Below are positions 48,125 through 58,730 of a DNA stretch of 64,000 bases, in pieces. Source of the DNA: an uncultured delta proteobacterium (GTDB taxonomy: Bacteria > Myxococcota > Kuafuiibacteriia > Kuafuiibacteriales > Kuafuiibacteriaceae); the NCBI GenBank assembly GCA_963803435.1, contig CAWDML010000007.1, positions 128,001-192,000 of the forward strand, read 5' to 3'. Under the pieces are notes generated by a model. The model saw only the letters and a program-made list of their open reading frames with translations, was not told the origin of the DNA and did no database searches. Position 1 is the first letter of the stretch. Every line of letters begins with the position of its first letter. The position numbers were made by a program, and so were the translations under genes.

Positions 48125-50544
48125 CCAGCACGATCGAGTTTTTGTCAGAGGAGGAGATCATGCGGACGCGCGACCGCGAGGCCGGATTCGGCGCGCTCCG
48201 GACCGAACGCGGGGCCCTGCCGCTGGAGGCGATGCGGGTCGACGCCAAGATCGACGGGCTGGTCGCCGAGGTCGAGGTTCGCCAGACGTTCATCAACACG
48301 ATCGGTGAGCCGATGGAGGCGACCTACATCTTCCCGCTTCCGGATCGCGGCGCGGTCACCCGCTTCCAGATGGAGGTCGCCGGCCGCGTGATCCACGGGA
48401 TCATCGAGGAGCGCCAGCAGGCGCGGGAGCGCTACGACCGCGCCATCGCGCAGGGCCATCGCGCCGCCATCACCGAGGAGGAGCGTGCGGGCGTCTTCAC
48501 CATGCGCGTGGGGAACATCATGCCCGGCGAGCGCGCGACCGTGCAGCTCACGCTCACCGGCCCGCTGCCGTACGACCAGGGTGAGGCCACCTTCCGCTTC
48601 CCGCTGGTGGTCGCGCCCCGCTACATCCCGGGCGCTCCCCTCGGCGGTGGGGACGTCGGCAAGGGCGTCGCGCTCGACACGGACGCGGTGCCGGACGCCT
48701 CCCGGATCACGCCCCCGGTGCTATTGCCCGGCTTCCCCAACCCGATCCGGCTCGAGCTCCGCGCGGAGCTACGAGGTCAGACCTCGCGCCTGCGTTCCTC
48801 GCTCCACGCGATCGTCGAGCGCGAGGGGCAAGGCGTGTCGCTCGTCGAGATCCATCCCGGCGAGCGTCTCGACCGCGACTTCATCCTCCGCTTCGCCGTT
48901 GGTGGCGACTCGGAGGCAGAGCGGGCGGACGCGGTTCGCACCTCGCTGCTGCTGACCCCCGACGCGACGGACGACGAGGGCTCGTTCCTGCTCACGCTGG
49001 TGCCTCCCGCCCACCTCTCGCGATCGAACAAGCCCCGCGACGTGGTGTTCGTGCTCGATCGCTCGGGGAGCATGGGAGGCTGGAAGATGGTGGCGGCCCG
49101 CCGCGCGGTGGCACGGATGGTCGACACGCTGCGAGACCGAGATCGATTCACGGTGGCGGCCTTCGACGATCAGATCGAGACGCCTCCGGACTTCGGCGCC
49201 GGGCTGGTCGACGGCACCGACCGCAACCGCTTCCGGGCGGTCGAGTTCCTGTCGGGCATCGAGGCGCGCGGTGGGACCGAGATGGCGCAACCGCTCGATC
49301 GCGCTGCCACGCAGCTCGCGGGGGGCTATCAGGACCGCGAGCGCGCGATCGTGCTGGTGACCGACGGGCAGGTGGGCAACGAGGATCAGATCCTGCGCCT
49401 CCTGGGCGGCAAGATCCGGAACGTCCGGATCTTCTGCGTCGGGATCGATCAGGCCGTGAACGCGGCGTTTCTCAAGCGACTCGCGGATCTGGGCGGCGGT
49501 CTCGCCGAGCTGGTCGAGTCCGAGGACCGTCTGGACGAGGTCATGGATCGAATCCATCGGCGAATCGGGACCCCGGTGCTCACGGAGCTCTCGCTGCGTG
49601 GACAGGATCTCGACATCGATCCGCGATCGATCGCGCCGCATCGGCTGCCCGATCTGTTCGCCGGAGCGCCGGTCCTGATCGGCGGGCGGTATCGCGGTCG
49701 CGCAGGCGGCGCGGTCCACCTGGCGGGGAGCGACGCCGGCGGTCGAGCCTGGTCCGACACCGTCCCGGGTCGCACCTCTGCGAGCGCCGCCGTGACGACG
49801 ATCTGGGCCCGCGCCCGGGTTCGGGATCTCGAAGATCGCTACGTGCTCTCGCGCGACTCGAGCCTCGAGCGCGAGATCGTGTCGACGTCCCTCCGGTTCT
49901 CGGTCCTGTGCCGATTCACGGCGTTCGTCGCGGTCGACGAGGCCGAACGCGTCAACGCGGGCGGCCACCTCCGGGACGTGATGCAACCCGTCGACGCGCC
50001 CGCCGGTTGGGACATGTTCAGGGGCGGCGCGGGCGGCGGCGCGATCGCGTCGAATGCACCCCTACCGGCGGCGCCCGCGGCCGTGGCCAAGAAGGCGCGC
50101 ATGCGGCGGTCGGAGGTGTACGGGCTCGACCGCAAGATGGACAAGTCCGACGAGGTGGCGGCGTACGACGACTTCGCCGAGTGTGAAGCCGAGCCGGAGC
50201 CCGCGCGTCGGGTGCTTCGGTACGATCAGGCCCCACGCGACCTGGGGAAACGCGAGGAGCACCGCGCTCGCGACGCGACCGAGCTGCTGCTCTCCGCGGT
50301 GCGGGCGTCCGGGGACCCGTCCGAGCAGGTCCGTCTGCTCGCGGCCGGCCTGCCGCAGGTGATCGAGGCCCTCCGCGCGCGCGGGGCCGACGAGGCCAAG
50401 ATCCAGGCGCTCGAGGTGCTCCTGGTCGAGCTCGCCCACGCGATCGTCGGGGCGCAGGCACACGATGACGACCTGGCGGCGCTGGTGACCCGCGCGCTCG
50501 AGCTCCTCAGGCGGGACACTTCGGCGCGTCCGTTCTGGAAGTGA
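48121..50544 (+). CDS. VIT + vWA domain protein
   Basis: EATYIFPLP (VIT), DRSGSM MIDAS, RGGTE, LVTDGQVGNE. Confidence 0.92.
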   Translation: MTSTIEFLSEEEIMRTRDREAGFGALRTERGALPLEAMRVDAKIDGLVAEVEVRQTFINTIGEPMEATYIFPLPDRGAVTRFQMEVAGRVIHGIIEERQQARERYDRAIAQGHRAAITEEERAGVFTMRVGNIMPGERATVQLTLTGPLPYDQGEATFRFPLVVAPRYIPGAPLGGGDVGKGVALDTDAVPDASRITPPVLLPGFPNPIRLELRAELRGQTSRLRSSLHAIVEREGQGVSLVEIHPGERLDRDFILRFAVGGDSEAERADAVRTSLLLTPDATDDEGSFLLTLVPPAHLSRSNKPRDVVFVLDRSGSMGGWKMVAARRAVARMVDTLRDRDRFTVAAFDDQIETPPDFGAGLVDGTDRNRFRAVEFLSGIEARGGTEMAQPLDRAATQLAGGYQDRERAIVLVTDGQVGNEDQILRLLGGKIRNVRIFCVGIDQAVNAAFLKRLADLGGGLAELVESEDRLDEVMDRIHRRIGTPVLTELSLRGQDLDIDPRSIAPHRLPDLFAGAPVLIGGRYRGRAGGAVHLAGSDAGGRAWSDTVPGRTSASAAVTTIWARARVRDLEDRYVLSRDSSLEREIVSTSLRFSVLCRFTAFVAVDEAERVNAGGHLRDVMQPVDAPAGWDMFRGGAGGGAIASNAPLPAAPAAVAKKARMRRSEVYGLDRKMDKSDEVAAYDDFAECEAEPEPARRVLRYDQAPRDLGKREEHRARDATELLLSAVRASGDPSEQVRLLAAGLPQVIEALRARGADEAKIQALEVLLVELAHAIVGAQAHDDDLAALVTRALELLRRDTSARPFWK

Positions 50545-50556
50545 GGTCGCTGCCGC

Positions 50557-51171
50557 TCAGCGCCCTCCCAGCCAGCGCGTCGCCCTGGTCGCGACGTCGG
50601 CGGGGTCGACTTTCCGGAAGGAGTGGTCGGCCCCGCCGAAGACCTCGATCGTGGCGCGCGGTCCGATCCGCTCGATCACACCCCGGAGGAGCGGGAGATC
50701 CGCGAGGTCGTCCCGATCGCCGGTGAGAAACAGCATCGGCACCTCGAGCCCGTACAGGTGCGCATCGCGAAGCTTCGTCTTCTGCTTGGGCGGGTGCAGC
50801 GGGTAGCTGAGGAACACCAGACCGTCCGCGCGATCGCCGTCCGCCACCAGCATCGAGGCGACCCGCCCGCCCATCGAGCGCCCGCCCAGGAACAAGCGGT
50901 CGGTCCCGGGAGACGCGGCCTTCAGCGCGGCCACGGTGGCCCGCGCCGAGTCGATCAGCTTCGGCATCCGGTCCGGCATCCGCTTTCCCTCGATGCGGTA
51001 GGCGAATCGAGCCCGCGCCGCACGCCCGCCCTGCGCGGCTACCGCAGCGGCGAGCGACACGACGTGGGGCTGATCGATGTCGCCGCCGGCGCCGTGCCAC
51101 AAGACGAGCAGCACGCCCGATAGCGGCCCCTCCCCATCCGGCGAATGCACCACCCAAGGCTCGCTCGTCAT
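50557..51171 (-). CDS. Alpha/beta hydrolase (KANL3/Tex30-like)
   Basis: HGAGG, GGRSMGGR, SYPLHPP, GADHSF. Confidence 0.88.
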   Translation of the reverse strand: MTSEPWVVHSPDGEGPLSGVLLVLWHGAGGDIDQPHVVSLAAAVAAQGGRAARARFAYRIEGKRMPDRMPKLIDSARATVAALKAASPGTDRLFLGGRSMGGRVASMLVADGDRADGLVFLSYPLHPPKQKTKLRDAHLYGLEVPMLFLTGDRDDLADLPLLRGVIERIGPRATIEVFGGADHSFRKVDPADVATRATRWLGGR

Positions 51172-51202
51172 CGCGCTCTGCCCATACTATGCGGGGATCG
51201 AA

Positions 51203-52018
51203 GTGGCGATCGTGGAGCTCCAGCGTCCGCTCGGCCGCCACGCCGACGGCCAGATGTATCTCGGGTCGGTCCTCACCACCTCCGGTCGCCGCGGCGCGGT
51301 GATCCGGATCTTCCACCCCGACGCGGAGGCCGCCGCCGGCGAGCTCGAGGCCGTCGTCCGCCGGGCGCAGCATCCGGGCGTGGTGCGGATGATCGACGCG
51401 GGCCACGACCCTCGCTTCGGTCGCTTCCTCGCCTTCGACGCGGTCCGCGGCAGGACGCTCCTCGACCTCGTCGGGTTCCACTGGCCCCCCGACAGCTTCT
51501 CGCTGCACGTGATCCGCGAGCTCACGATCGCCCTGATCGCGATGCACGAGGCGGGCTTGGTCGTCCGCCACCTCTCACCCTCGACGATCCTGCTGACCGT
51601 GGACGGGCGCGTGCTCTTGCTCCCGCCGGGCGTGGCCGACACCGCGCTGGCATATCTGTCACCGGAGCAGATCCGCGGCGAGGCGCTCACGACGGCCAGC
51701 GATCTCTTCAACCTGGGCGTGGTGGCGGCCGAGCTCCTCACCCGCGCGCACCCGTTCGCGCGCCCCGGCGCCAGCGAGATCCAGCTCTTGCAAGCGATCA
51801 TCGCGGGCGTACACCCACCGTGGGGACCCGAGCTCTCCGCGCCGCTGGCGGAACGCCTCGACGCGCTCCTCGACCTCCACCCGGACCGGCGTCCAACCGC
51901 CGCACAGCTCTTCGGCCGGATGGCCGCCATCTGTCCGGATTTCCGCGAGCCCCGGAGCCGACGCCGATGTCGGCATTTGGTCGCTCAGGCCGTGACGACG
52001 GGCCGCTTCGGAGGGTGA
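51203..52018 (+). CDS. Degenerate Ser/Thr protein kinase-like protein (start uncertain)
   Basis: HPGVVR, YLSPEQIRG, SDLFNLG, DRRPT; HRD reads VRH and DFG is absent. Confidence 0.65.
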   Translation: MAIVELQRPLGRHADGQMYLGSVLTTSGRRGAVIRIFHPDAEAAAGELEAVVRRAQHPGVVRMIDAGHDPRFGRFLAFDAVRGRTLLDLVGFHWPPDSFSLHVIRELTIALIAMHEAGLVVRHLSPSTILLTVDGRVLLLPPGVADTALAYLSPEQIRGEALTTASDLFNLGVVAAELLTRAHPFARPGASEIQLLQAIIAGVHPPWGPELSAPLAERLDALLDLHPDRRPTAAQLFGRMAAICPDFREPRSRRRCRHLVAQAVTTGRFGG

Positions 52019-52080
52019 GTGCACTCACCGCGTTTCAGAGGGTTGCTTTGCACATCGGGCCGTCCGAATCTTACGGCTTG

Positions 52081-53184
52081 ATGCCGCTCTCCCACCTCCT
52101 CGGTCGAGGCGCCCTCGTCCTGCTCGCCGGCGCCGTGGCGCTCTCCGCAGGGTGCCGCAAGCGCGGCCTCAGCCGCGACACGGTCGAGAATCTGCCGCCG
52201 ATCGAGATCACCGAGTTCAACGTCGATGTCCGGCAGACGACCTGCAGCTTCGGTGTGGTCGAGGCCGCCAAGGCCGTGAAGCCGGCGCTCGAGAAAGAGC
52301 TGATGCGCCAGGGTTTCACGGTGGCGGCACAGGGTCAGGGGATCATGACCGCGAAGGGCAACGCGATGGTCGCCGGCTGCAAGGGCGACGGCGGCCTCGC
52401 GACCGTGACGCTGTCGGTCTTCGCGCACGACGGCCAGCGCCTGGCGCGTGCGACCCGCAAGGCCAAGCTCAACGGACACGACGAGGGGAGCGGGATCAAC
52501 TCGGCGACCGCAGCCGCCGAGGACGTGGTCACTCTGCTCGGTCGCTCCAAGCAGATCCGCAAGTACGCCTCCCAGGAGCATCCGGACCGGGGGACGGCGG
52601 TAGCGCTGAGAACCTCGACCAACGATCCACCCCCGCCCGACGAGCACGAGGACGATCCGCCGGCGCGGCCAGATCCGCCCCCGGTGGTGGATCCGCCCCA
52701 TGCTCCGCCCCCACCTGCGCAGACCGACGACGGAATCGACGCGCCGCCGCTCAACCCCGATTGGGTCGTCGCGGTGATGGACGTGAAGGATCTGAATGCC
52801 GGCAACAAGGGCGCGATCGGGCCCGATCTGATCCGAAACCTCGGCAGTCAGCTCCGGATCTTCATCGCTCAGCGCGGCGCGAAGACCGTCGATCAGAGCG
52901 CCCAGGACCTGGCGCTCCGCGATCAGATCAAGGAGATGAAGAACGAGAGCTACAAGACCTGCTACGACGACTCTTGTCAGATCGAGCTCGGCAAGGCCCT
53001 CGCCGCCAGCCACATTCTGCGCTCGCAGGTGACCCGATTCGGCAGCCGTTGCGTGCTCAACGCCGAGCTCTTCGACCTCCGCCGGGAGGTCACCATCGCC
53101 GCTTCGTCGTCGCGCGGAGACTGCGAACCCGAAGGCTTTCTCCGGATGAGCCAAGAGGTCGCGAACGGCTTGCGGGTGCAGTAA
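52081..53184 (+). CDS. Two-domain lipoprotein with Pro-rich linker and C-terminal TolB-N/CsgG-like domain
   Basis: Lipobox SAGC; VAVMDV...CYDDSCQIELGKALAASHIL. Confidence 0.6.
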   Translation: MPLSHLLGRGALVLLAGAVALSAGCRKRGLSRDTVENLPPIEITEFNVDVRQTTCSFGVVEAAKAVKPALEKELMRQGFTVAAQGQGIMTAKGNAMVAGCKGDGGLATVTLSVFAHDGQRLARATRKAKLNGHDEGSGINSATAAAEDVVTLLGRSKQIRKYASQEHPDRGTAVALRTSTNDPPPPDEHEDDPPARPDPPPVVDPPHAPPPPAQTDDGIDAPPLNPDWVVAVMDVKDLNAGNKGAIGPDLIRNLGSQLRIFIAQRGAKTVDQSAQDLALRDQIKEMKNESYKTCYDDSCQIELGKALAASHILRSQVTRFGSRCVLNAELFDLRREVTIAASSSRGDCEPEGFLRMSQEVANGLRVQ

Positions 53185-53262
53185 ATCAGCGCGTCTCAGT
53201 CCTGGTCTCCCCGGCAAGATCCGCTGGACGATCCCGGTGGATGACGATAGTTGCATCTGTCG

Positions 53263-54429
53263 ATGGTCGATCCCGTCGCGATCACCGCCTACTCGGCGTG
53301 CAACGGCCTCGGCCGGACCACCGGGGAGATCGTGCAAAAGCTCGCGCGGGGCGAGCACGGGCTGTCGCGCTGCCCGCTGGACGTGCCGTTCGAGACGGTC
53401 TGCGGCACGGTTCCGGGACCACAACCCCCACCGCCTTCGAAATATTCGACGTACGACTCCCGGGTCCTCCGTCTCGCGCTGATGGCCTTCGAGGAGATCG
53501 CGCCCGCCATCGACGCTGCGCGACGACGCCACGGTGATCGAAGGATCGGCGTGGTCCTGGCCACCAGCACCGGCGGGATCGAATCCACCGAGCTGGCCTA
53601 CTTCGCCTGGCGCAAGACCGGGCTGTTCCCGCCTGCCCACGACCTCCGCAAGCAACACCAGTTCTCGGCGTTCGCGGACGTCATCGCGGACCTCGGCGGC
53701 ATGGGCGGGCCCCGCTACGTGATCTCGACGGCCTGTTCCTCGAGCGGCAAGGCACTCGCGTCCGCGCAGCGCTTGCTGTGGAGCGGCTGGTGCGACGCAG
53801 TCCTAGTCGGTGGCGTCGATGCGCTCTGCTACACCACGGTCCGCGGCTTCCACAGCCTCGGTGTGCTGTCCCCGGTGCCGTGCCGTCCGTTCGCCGCCGA
53901 TCGGCCCGGGATGAACATCGGCGAGGGCGCCGCCTTTCTCCTCATCGAGCGCGACGGCCCCGGCCCGCGGGTGCTCGGGGTTGGCGAGAGCTCCGACGCC
54001 TTCCACATGTCGGCCCCCGATCCGGAGGGAAGCGGCGCGCGGATGGCGATGGAGCAGGCCCTCGCGCAAGCTGGCTTGCAGCCAGAGGACGTCGATCACG
54101 TGAATGCGCACGGCACCGGGACCGCGCGCAACGACACGGCCGAGGCCAAGGCGATCCACGCGGTGTTCGGATCCCGGGTCCCGGTGGTCTCCACGAAGGG
54201 CTACACGGGTCATACGCTCGGCGCCGGCGGTGCGACTGAGGCCGTGCTCTCGCTGATCGCGCTCGAGCAGGGCTGGATCCCCGCCAGCCTCGGCGGCAAC
54301 CCCGTCGATCCCGCCCTCTCGATCAACGTGATCCAGGAGCGGACCGAACGCCGTCTCAGGACCGTGCTCAGCAACTCCTTCGCCTTCGGCGGCAACAACG
54401 TCAGCGTGCTGCTCGGAGAAGCCCGGTGA
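53263..54429 (+). CDS. Beta-ketoacyl-ACP synthase (ApeO-like)
   Basis: STACSSS, NIGEGAA, NAHGTGT, GHTLGA, SNSFAFGGNN. Confidence 0.9.
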   Translation: MVDPVAITAYSACNGLGRTTGEIVQKLARGEHGLSRCPLDVPFETVCGTVPGPQPPPPSKYSTYDSRVLRLALMAFEEIAPAIDAARRRHGDRRIGVVLATSTGGIESTELAYFAWRKTGLFPPAHDLRKQHQFSAFADVIADLGGMGGPRYVISTACSSSGKALASAQRLLWSGWCDAVLVGGVDALCYTTVRGFHSLGVLSPVPCRPFAADRPGMNIGEGAAFLLIERDGPGPRVLGVGESSDAFHMSAPDPEGSGARMAMEQALAQAGLQPEDVDHVNAHGTGTARNDTAEAKAIHAVFGSRVPVVSTKGYTGHTLGAGGATEAVLSLIALEQGWIPASLGGNPVDPALSINVIQERTERRLRTVLSNSFAFGGNNVSVLLGEAR

Positions 54430-55151
54430 TCTCGGCGTACGTCAAAGGGCTCGGCGTCTGGACGGGTGACCTGCCGCCGCCCTGCAAGATCGTCGACAGC
54501 CGTCTCGGTCGCGGCACCAGCCACGCCACGCGCATGGCGATCGATTGTGCGGCGCAGGCAAGTCAGCATGCCGGCTTCGACCTCACCCAGCTCGCCGCGG
54601 TGTTCGGATCGGCGCTCGGCGAGATCGAGATCGCGATCGAGCAACTCGCGATGATGCTCTCCGAGGAGGGCATCGTCTCGCCGGCGCGCTTCAAGAACAG
54701 CGTGCACAACACCGCCAGCGGGGTCCTCTCGATCGCCAGCAAGAACAGGGGCTTCACCAGCGCGATCGCGGCCGGCGATCACACGCTCCCCGCGACGTTG
54801 CTGGAGACGATGCTGTTGCTGGAGACCGGGAAGGCGACCCAGGCGATCGCCGTCGTCGCCGACGAGGCCACCCCCGAGCCGCTCCGGAGCGCCCGGCGCG
54901 ATAACGAGTACGCGGCGCTGGGAGCGGCGTTCGCGCTGGATCGCTCGCCGGAGCGTGCGCTGGCGAAGCTGACGCTCGCGCAGAACGCCGACGGTGAGCC
55001 GCTGTCGATCCCGACACCGTTCGAGTTCAACCCGTGCGCGGCGGGACTCGCGCTGCATGCCCTGGTCGAGGCGCACCAGAGCGGTACCTACGTCCTCTCC
55101 TCTCCCCCACTCGGGCAGGGTTGGTCGGTGAGACTCGAATGCAGTCGATGA
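54426..55151 (+). CDS. Beta-ketoacyl synthase chain-length factor (ApeC-like)
   Basis: SPARFKNSVHN motif; short KS N-terminal-like protein coupled to the KS. Confidence 0.82.
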   Translation: MISAYVKGLGVWTGDLPPPCKIVDSRLGRGTSHATRMAIDCAAQASQHAGFDLTQLAAVFGSALGEIEIAIEQLAMMLSEEGIVSPARFKNSVHNTASGVLSIASKNRGFTSAIAAGDHTLPATLLETMLLLETGKATQAIAVVADEATPEPLRSARRDNEYAALGAAFALDRSPERALAKLTLAQNADGEPLSIPTPFEFNPCAAGLALHALVEAHQSGTYVLSSPPLGQGWSVRLECSR

Positions 55152-55597
55152 CCTCCCGGCAGCTCTCGATCTCGCCGATCGAGGAGGTCATCCCGCACTC
55201 GGGGCGGATGATCCTGCTCGATCGCATGGTGGCGATCGAAGAAGGGCGGCTCACCGCCGAGGTCGTGCTGCGCGCAGACTCCATGTTCGTTCGGAGCGGG
55301 CGCGCCCGGGCGATCGTGACCGTCGAGTACATGGCGCAGACCGTCGCGGCCTACGTGGGTACGCTCGCCCGCTCCCGCGGCGAGCCGGTCGAGATCGGGT
55401 TCCTGATCGGGATCCGCGAGCTGACGCTGGCGACCGGGACGCTCGAGGCCGGGGACGTCCTCGAGGTCGAAGCGCGGCACGTATGGGGCGACTCCAAGCT
55501 CGGCAGCTTCACGACCACGACGCGTAGAAACGGTGAGGTGATCGCGGACGCCACGCTCACCGTGTATCGCGGCGAGCTCCCTCCGGAGGGTCCATGA
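55148..55597 (+). CDS. Hotdog-fold 3-hydroxyacyl-ACP dehydratase (ApeP-like)
   Basis: IPHSGRMILLD, EYMAQ, GFLIG. Confidence 0.85.
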   Translation: MTSRQLSISPIEEVIPHSGRMILLDRMVAIEEGRLTAEVVLRADSMFVRSGRARAIVTVEYMAQTVAAYVGTLARSRGEPVEIGFLIGIRELTLATGTLEAGDVLEVEARHVWGDSKLGSFTTTTRRNGEVIADATLTVYRGELPPEGP

Positions 55598-56316
55598 AAC
55601 CGCTCGCGCTGATCACGGGCGCCAGCCGCGGCATCGGCGCCGCCATCGCCAAGAGGCTGGCGGCCGACGGCTTTCCGGTGCTCCTGAACTTCCGCAGCAA
55701 CGTGTCGTCCGCGGAGCAGGTGCGCAGCGAGATCGAGGCGGCGGGCGGTCGCGCCGAGCTCATGCCGTTCGACGTCAAGGATCGCGTCACCGTCACCGCC
55801 GTCCTCGAGACGAAGCTCGGCGAGGGCACCCCGATCGGGGTGGTCGTCAACAACGCGGGCGTGGCCAAGGACGGGCCGTTCCCAGCGATGAAGCACGAGG
55901 ACTGGGAAGAGGTCACCCGCACCACCCTCGACGGCTTCTTCAACGTCACCCGTCCGCTGGTGATGCCGATGGTGCGACAGAAGTGGGGCCGGATCGTCAA
56001 CATCTCCTCGGTCTCGGGCGTCATGGGCAATCGAGGGCAGACCAACTACTCGGCCGCCAAGGCCGGGCTGATCGGCGCCACGCGCTCGCTCTCCATCGAG
56101 GTGGCCAAGCGCGGCATCACGGTCAACGCGGTCGCTCCCGGACTGATCGAGACGGACATGATCTCCGGGGCACCGATCGAGGAGATTCTCAAGCTCGTTC
56201 CCATGCGCCGCCTCGGTCAGCCCGACGAGGTGGCATCACTGGTCGCCTTTCTGGTGAGCGACCAGGCCAGCTACATCACCGGACAGGTCATCGGCATCAA
56301 CGGAGGACTCGCATGA
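55594..56316 (+). CDS. fabG: 3-oxoacyl-ACP reductase (ApeQ-like)
   Basis: TGASRGIG, NNAG, GNRGQTNYSAAK. Confidence 0.92.
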   Translation: MKPLALITGASRGIGAAIAKRLAADGFPVLLNFRSNVSSAEQVRSEIEAAGGRAELMPFDVKDRVTVTAVLETKLGEGTPIGVVVNNAGVAKDGPFPAMKHEDWEEVTRTTLDGFFNVTRPLVMPMVRQKWGRIVNISSVSGVMGNRGQTNYSAAKAGLIGATRSLSIEVAKRGITVNAVAPGLIETDMISGAPIEEILKLVPMRRLGQPDEVASLVAFLVSDQASYITGQVIGINGGLA

Positions 56317-57540
56317 GCAACCGCGTGGTCATCACAGGAATCGGCTTCGCGAGCCCGATCGGACACGACCTCGACACGGTCTCGAGCGCGCTCACGAACG
56401 ATCGACACGGCATCGTCACGATGACCGACTGGGGCTTCGCGGATCAGCTGCAGACGCGCCTGGCCGGGAGGATCGACGATCTCGAGCTCGAGCGAGCTGG
56501 AACCGCAAGAAGGTGCGCACGATGGGCCGCGTTGCGCTGCTGGCCACGTTCGCCACCGAGCGGGCGATCGCAGAGCGCCGGCATCGGCGAGGACTACCTG
56601 GCCTCGGGCAAGGTGGGCCTCGCGTACGGATCCACCCACGGCTCCAGCACGGAGGTCGAGGACTACTGCGGCAAGCTGTTCCGCAACGGCAGCCTCAAGG
56701 GCCTCGCCTCGAGCGCCTACCTCAAGTTCATGAGCCACACCTGCGCCGCCAACCTGGCGCAGTTCTACGGCATCAAGGGGCGCGTCATCACCACCTGCGC
56801 GGCCTGCGTCAGCGCCAGCCAGGCGATCGGCTATGGCTACGAGGCCGTGAAGCACGGGATCATGGAGAGCATGGTCTGCGGCGGCGCCGAGGAGCTCCAC
56901 TTCATCCACGCGGGCGTGTTCGACATCATGTTCGCGACGTCCACCAAGTACAACGATCGGCCCGAGCTGAGCCCGCGGCCGTTCGACGAGGGACGCGACG
57001 GGCTGGTCGTCGCCGAGGGCGCCGGCACGCTGGTGCTCGAGAGCTACGAGCGCGCCAAGGCGCGGACGCACCCATCCTCGCCGAGGTCATCGGCTTCGGC
57101 ACCAACTGCGACGGCACGCACGTCACCTCGCCGTCGGTGCAGGGCATGACCGGCGCGATGCGGCTCGCGCTGGGCGACGCCGCCATGCCGCCGGAGGCGA
57201 TCGACTACATCAACGCGCACGCCACCGCGACCAACGTCGGCGACATCGCGGAGAGCCACGCGACCATGGAGGTGTTCGGCGACAAGACGCCGATCAGCTC
57301 CACCAAGGGCTTCACCGGCCACACGCTGGGCGCGTGCGGCGCGATCGAGCTGGCGTTCTGTATGGCGATGATGCGGGACGGCTTCCTCGCGCCGACCCGC
57401 AACCTCGAGGAGCTGGATCCCGAGTGCGCGGCGCTCGACTACATCAAGGGCCCTGCGCGCCAGGCCAAGCCGCGGATCTGATGAGCAACAACTTCGCGTT
57501 CGGCGGCATCAACACCTCGCTCATCATCAAGCACCCATGA
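56313..57540 (+). CDS. Beta-ketoacyl-ACP synthase II-like (ApeR-like); about 4 frameshifts (about 56495, 56572, 57063, 57478)
   Basis: RVVITG, MSHTCAAN, AACVSASQ, RPFD..RDG, NAHATAT, GHTLGACG and SNNFAFGG spread over several frames. Confidence 0.85.
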
Positions 57541-58730
57541 CGCCGACCTACGACGTCCTGGTCGCGGGCGGTGGGCCCGCCGGCTCCACCGTCTCGGCGC
57601 TCCTCGCCCAGCAAGGGCACCGGGTCCTGGTCCTGGAGCGCGAGGTCTTCCCGCGCTTTCACATCGGGGAGTCGCTCCTCCCGGTGGGCCTCGGCGTGTT
57701 CGAGCGCCTGGGGTTCGAGCCGGCCGACTCCGGCACGTACCTCCGGAAGGACGGCGCCGAGTTTCACAACGAGCGCAACGGGCGCTCGGCCGTCTTCACC
57801 TTCGCCTGCGGGCTCGAGGGCACGCCGGGCCACGCATGGCAGGTCGAGCGCTCGAAGTTCGATCATGATCTCCTGAAGCGATCGATGTTCTACGGGGCAG
57901 AGGTCCATCAGGGCGAGAAGGTCGCCGACTGGTCGTTCGCCGAAGACCACGTCCGGATCGTGACGGATCACGGCGAGTACACCGGGCGCTACTTCATCGA
58001 CGCCACCGGACAGGACGCGATGCTGGCCCGCCGCCACCACACCGTCGATCCGATCAAGGGGTTCGGGATGGGCGCCGTGTTCTGTCACTTCGTCGGTCTC
58101 TCGGACGCGGTCCACGCCGAGCTGGCGGCGAGCGGCAACATCCGCGTGCTCCTGATCCCCGACGGCTGGATCTGGTCGATCCCGCTCCTCGATCACAAGC
58201 TCAGCGTCGGCGTCGTGCGCAACAAGAAGGGTGTCACGCCCGAGGTGCTCGACGAGGAGATCGCGAACAGCCCCATGATCCGTCGCCTCACGGAAGGCGC
58301 GACGCGCGCCGAGGCGCGGATGATCCGCAACTTCTCCTTCATCAACAGGAGCTCGCACGGCCCCCGCTGGGCGTGCATCGGAGACGCCGCCTGCTTCCTC
58401 GATCCCGTGTTCTCGTCCGGCGTCTCGCTGGCGTTGCTGTCGGGCGAGGCGATGGCCGACGTCCTCTCCGCCGCCCTCGCGAACGGCGAGGAGGCGTCCC
58501 CCGAGCTGGCCGCGGCCCTCAGCGCCCACATGCTCCGGGGCTATCGAACCTTCGGCTCGATCATCCAGTCCTTCTACGACACGAACATCGTCGAGAACCT
58601 CTTCTTCTACGAGGACCCGGAGGAGGACGCAAAGCGCGGGTTCGTCAGCATCCTGGCCGGCGACCTGTGGCGGACCGACAACCGCTTCCAGGAGGCGCTG
58701 ATCAACGGGCGCCGCGCCTGGCGTCCTTGA
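57537..58730 (+). CDS. FAD-dependent oxidoreductase, flavin-dependent halogenase family
   Basis: GGGPAG, FPRFHIGESLLP, RKDG, GWIWSIP (WxWxIP), GDAACFLDPVFSSG. Confidence 0.85.
   Translation: MTPTYDVLVAGGGPAGSTVSALLAQQGHRVLVLEREVFPRFHIGESLLPVGLGVFERLGFEPADSGTYLRKDGAEFHNERNGRSAVFTFACGLEGTPGHAWQVERSKFDHDLLKRSMFYGAEVHQGEKVADWSFAEDHVRIVTDHGEYTGRYFIDATGQDAMLARRHHTVDPIKGFGMGAVFCHFVGLSDAVHAELAASGNIRVLLIPDGWIWSIPLLDHKLSVGVVRNKKGVTPEVLDEEIANSPMIRRLTEGATRAEARMIRNFSFINRSSHGPRWACIGDAACFLDPVFSSGVSLALLSGEAMADVLSAALANGEEASPELAAALSAHMLRGYRTFGSIIQSFYDTNIVENLFFYEDPEEDAKRGFVSILAGDLWRTDNRFQEALINGRRAWRP

Noticed and set aside
4782-57540. About a dozen frameshifted genes as pseudogenes or programmed frameshifts
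   Set aside because: Single-base indels, many in short homopolymers, are scattered across unrelated genes with no in-frame stops. Long-read consensus error is the simpler explanation; read polishing would confirm.
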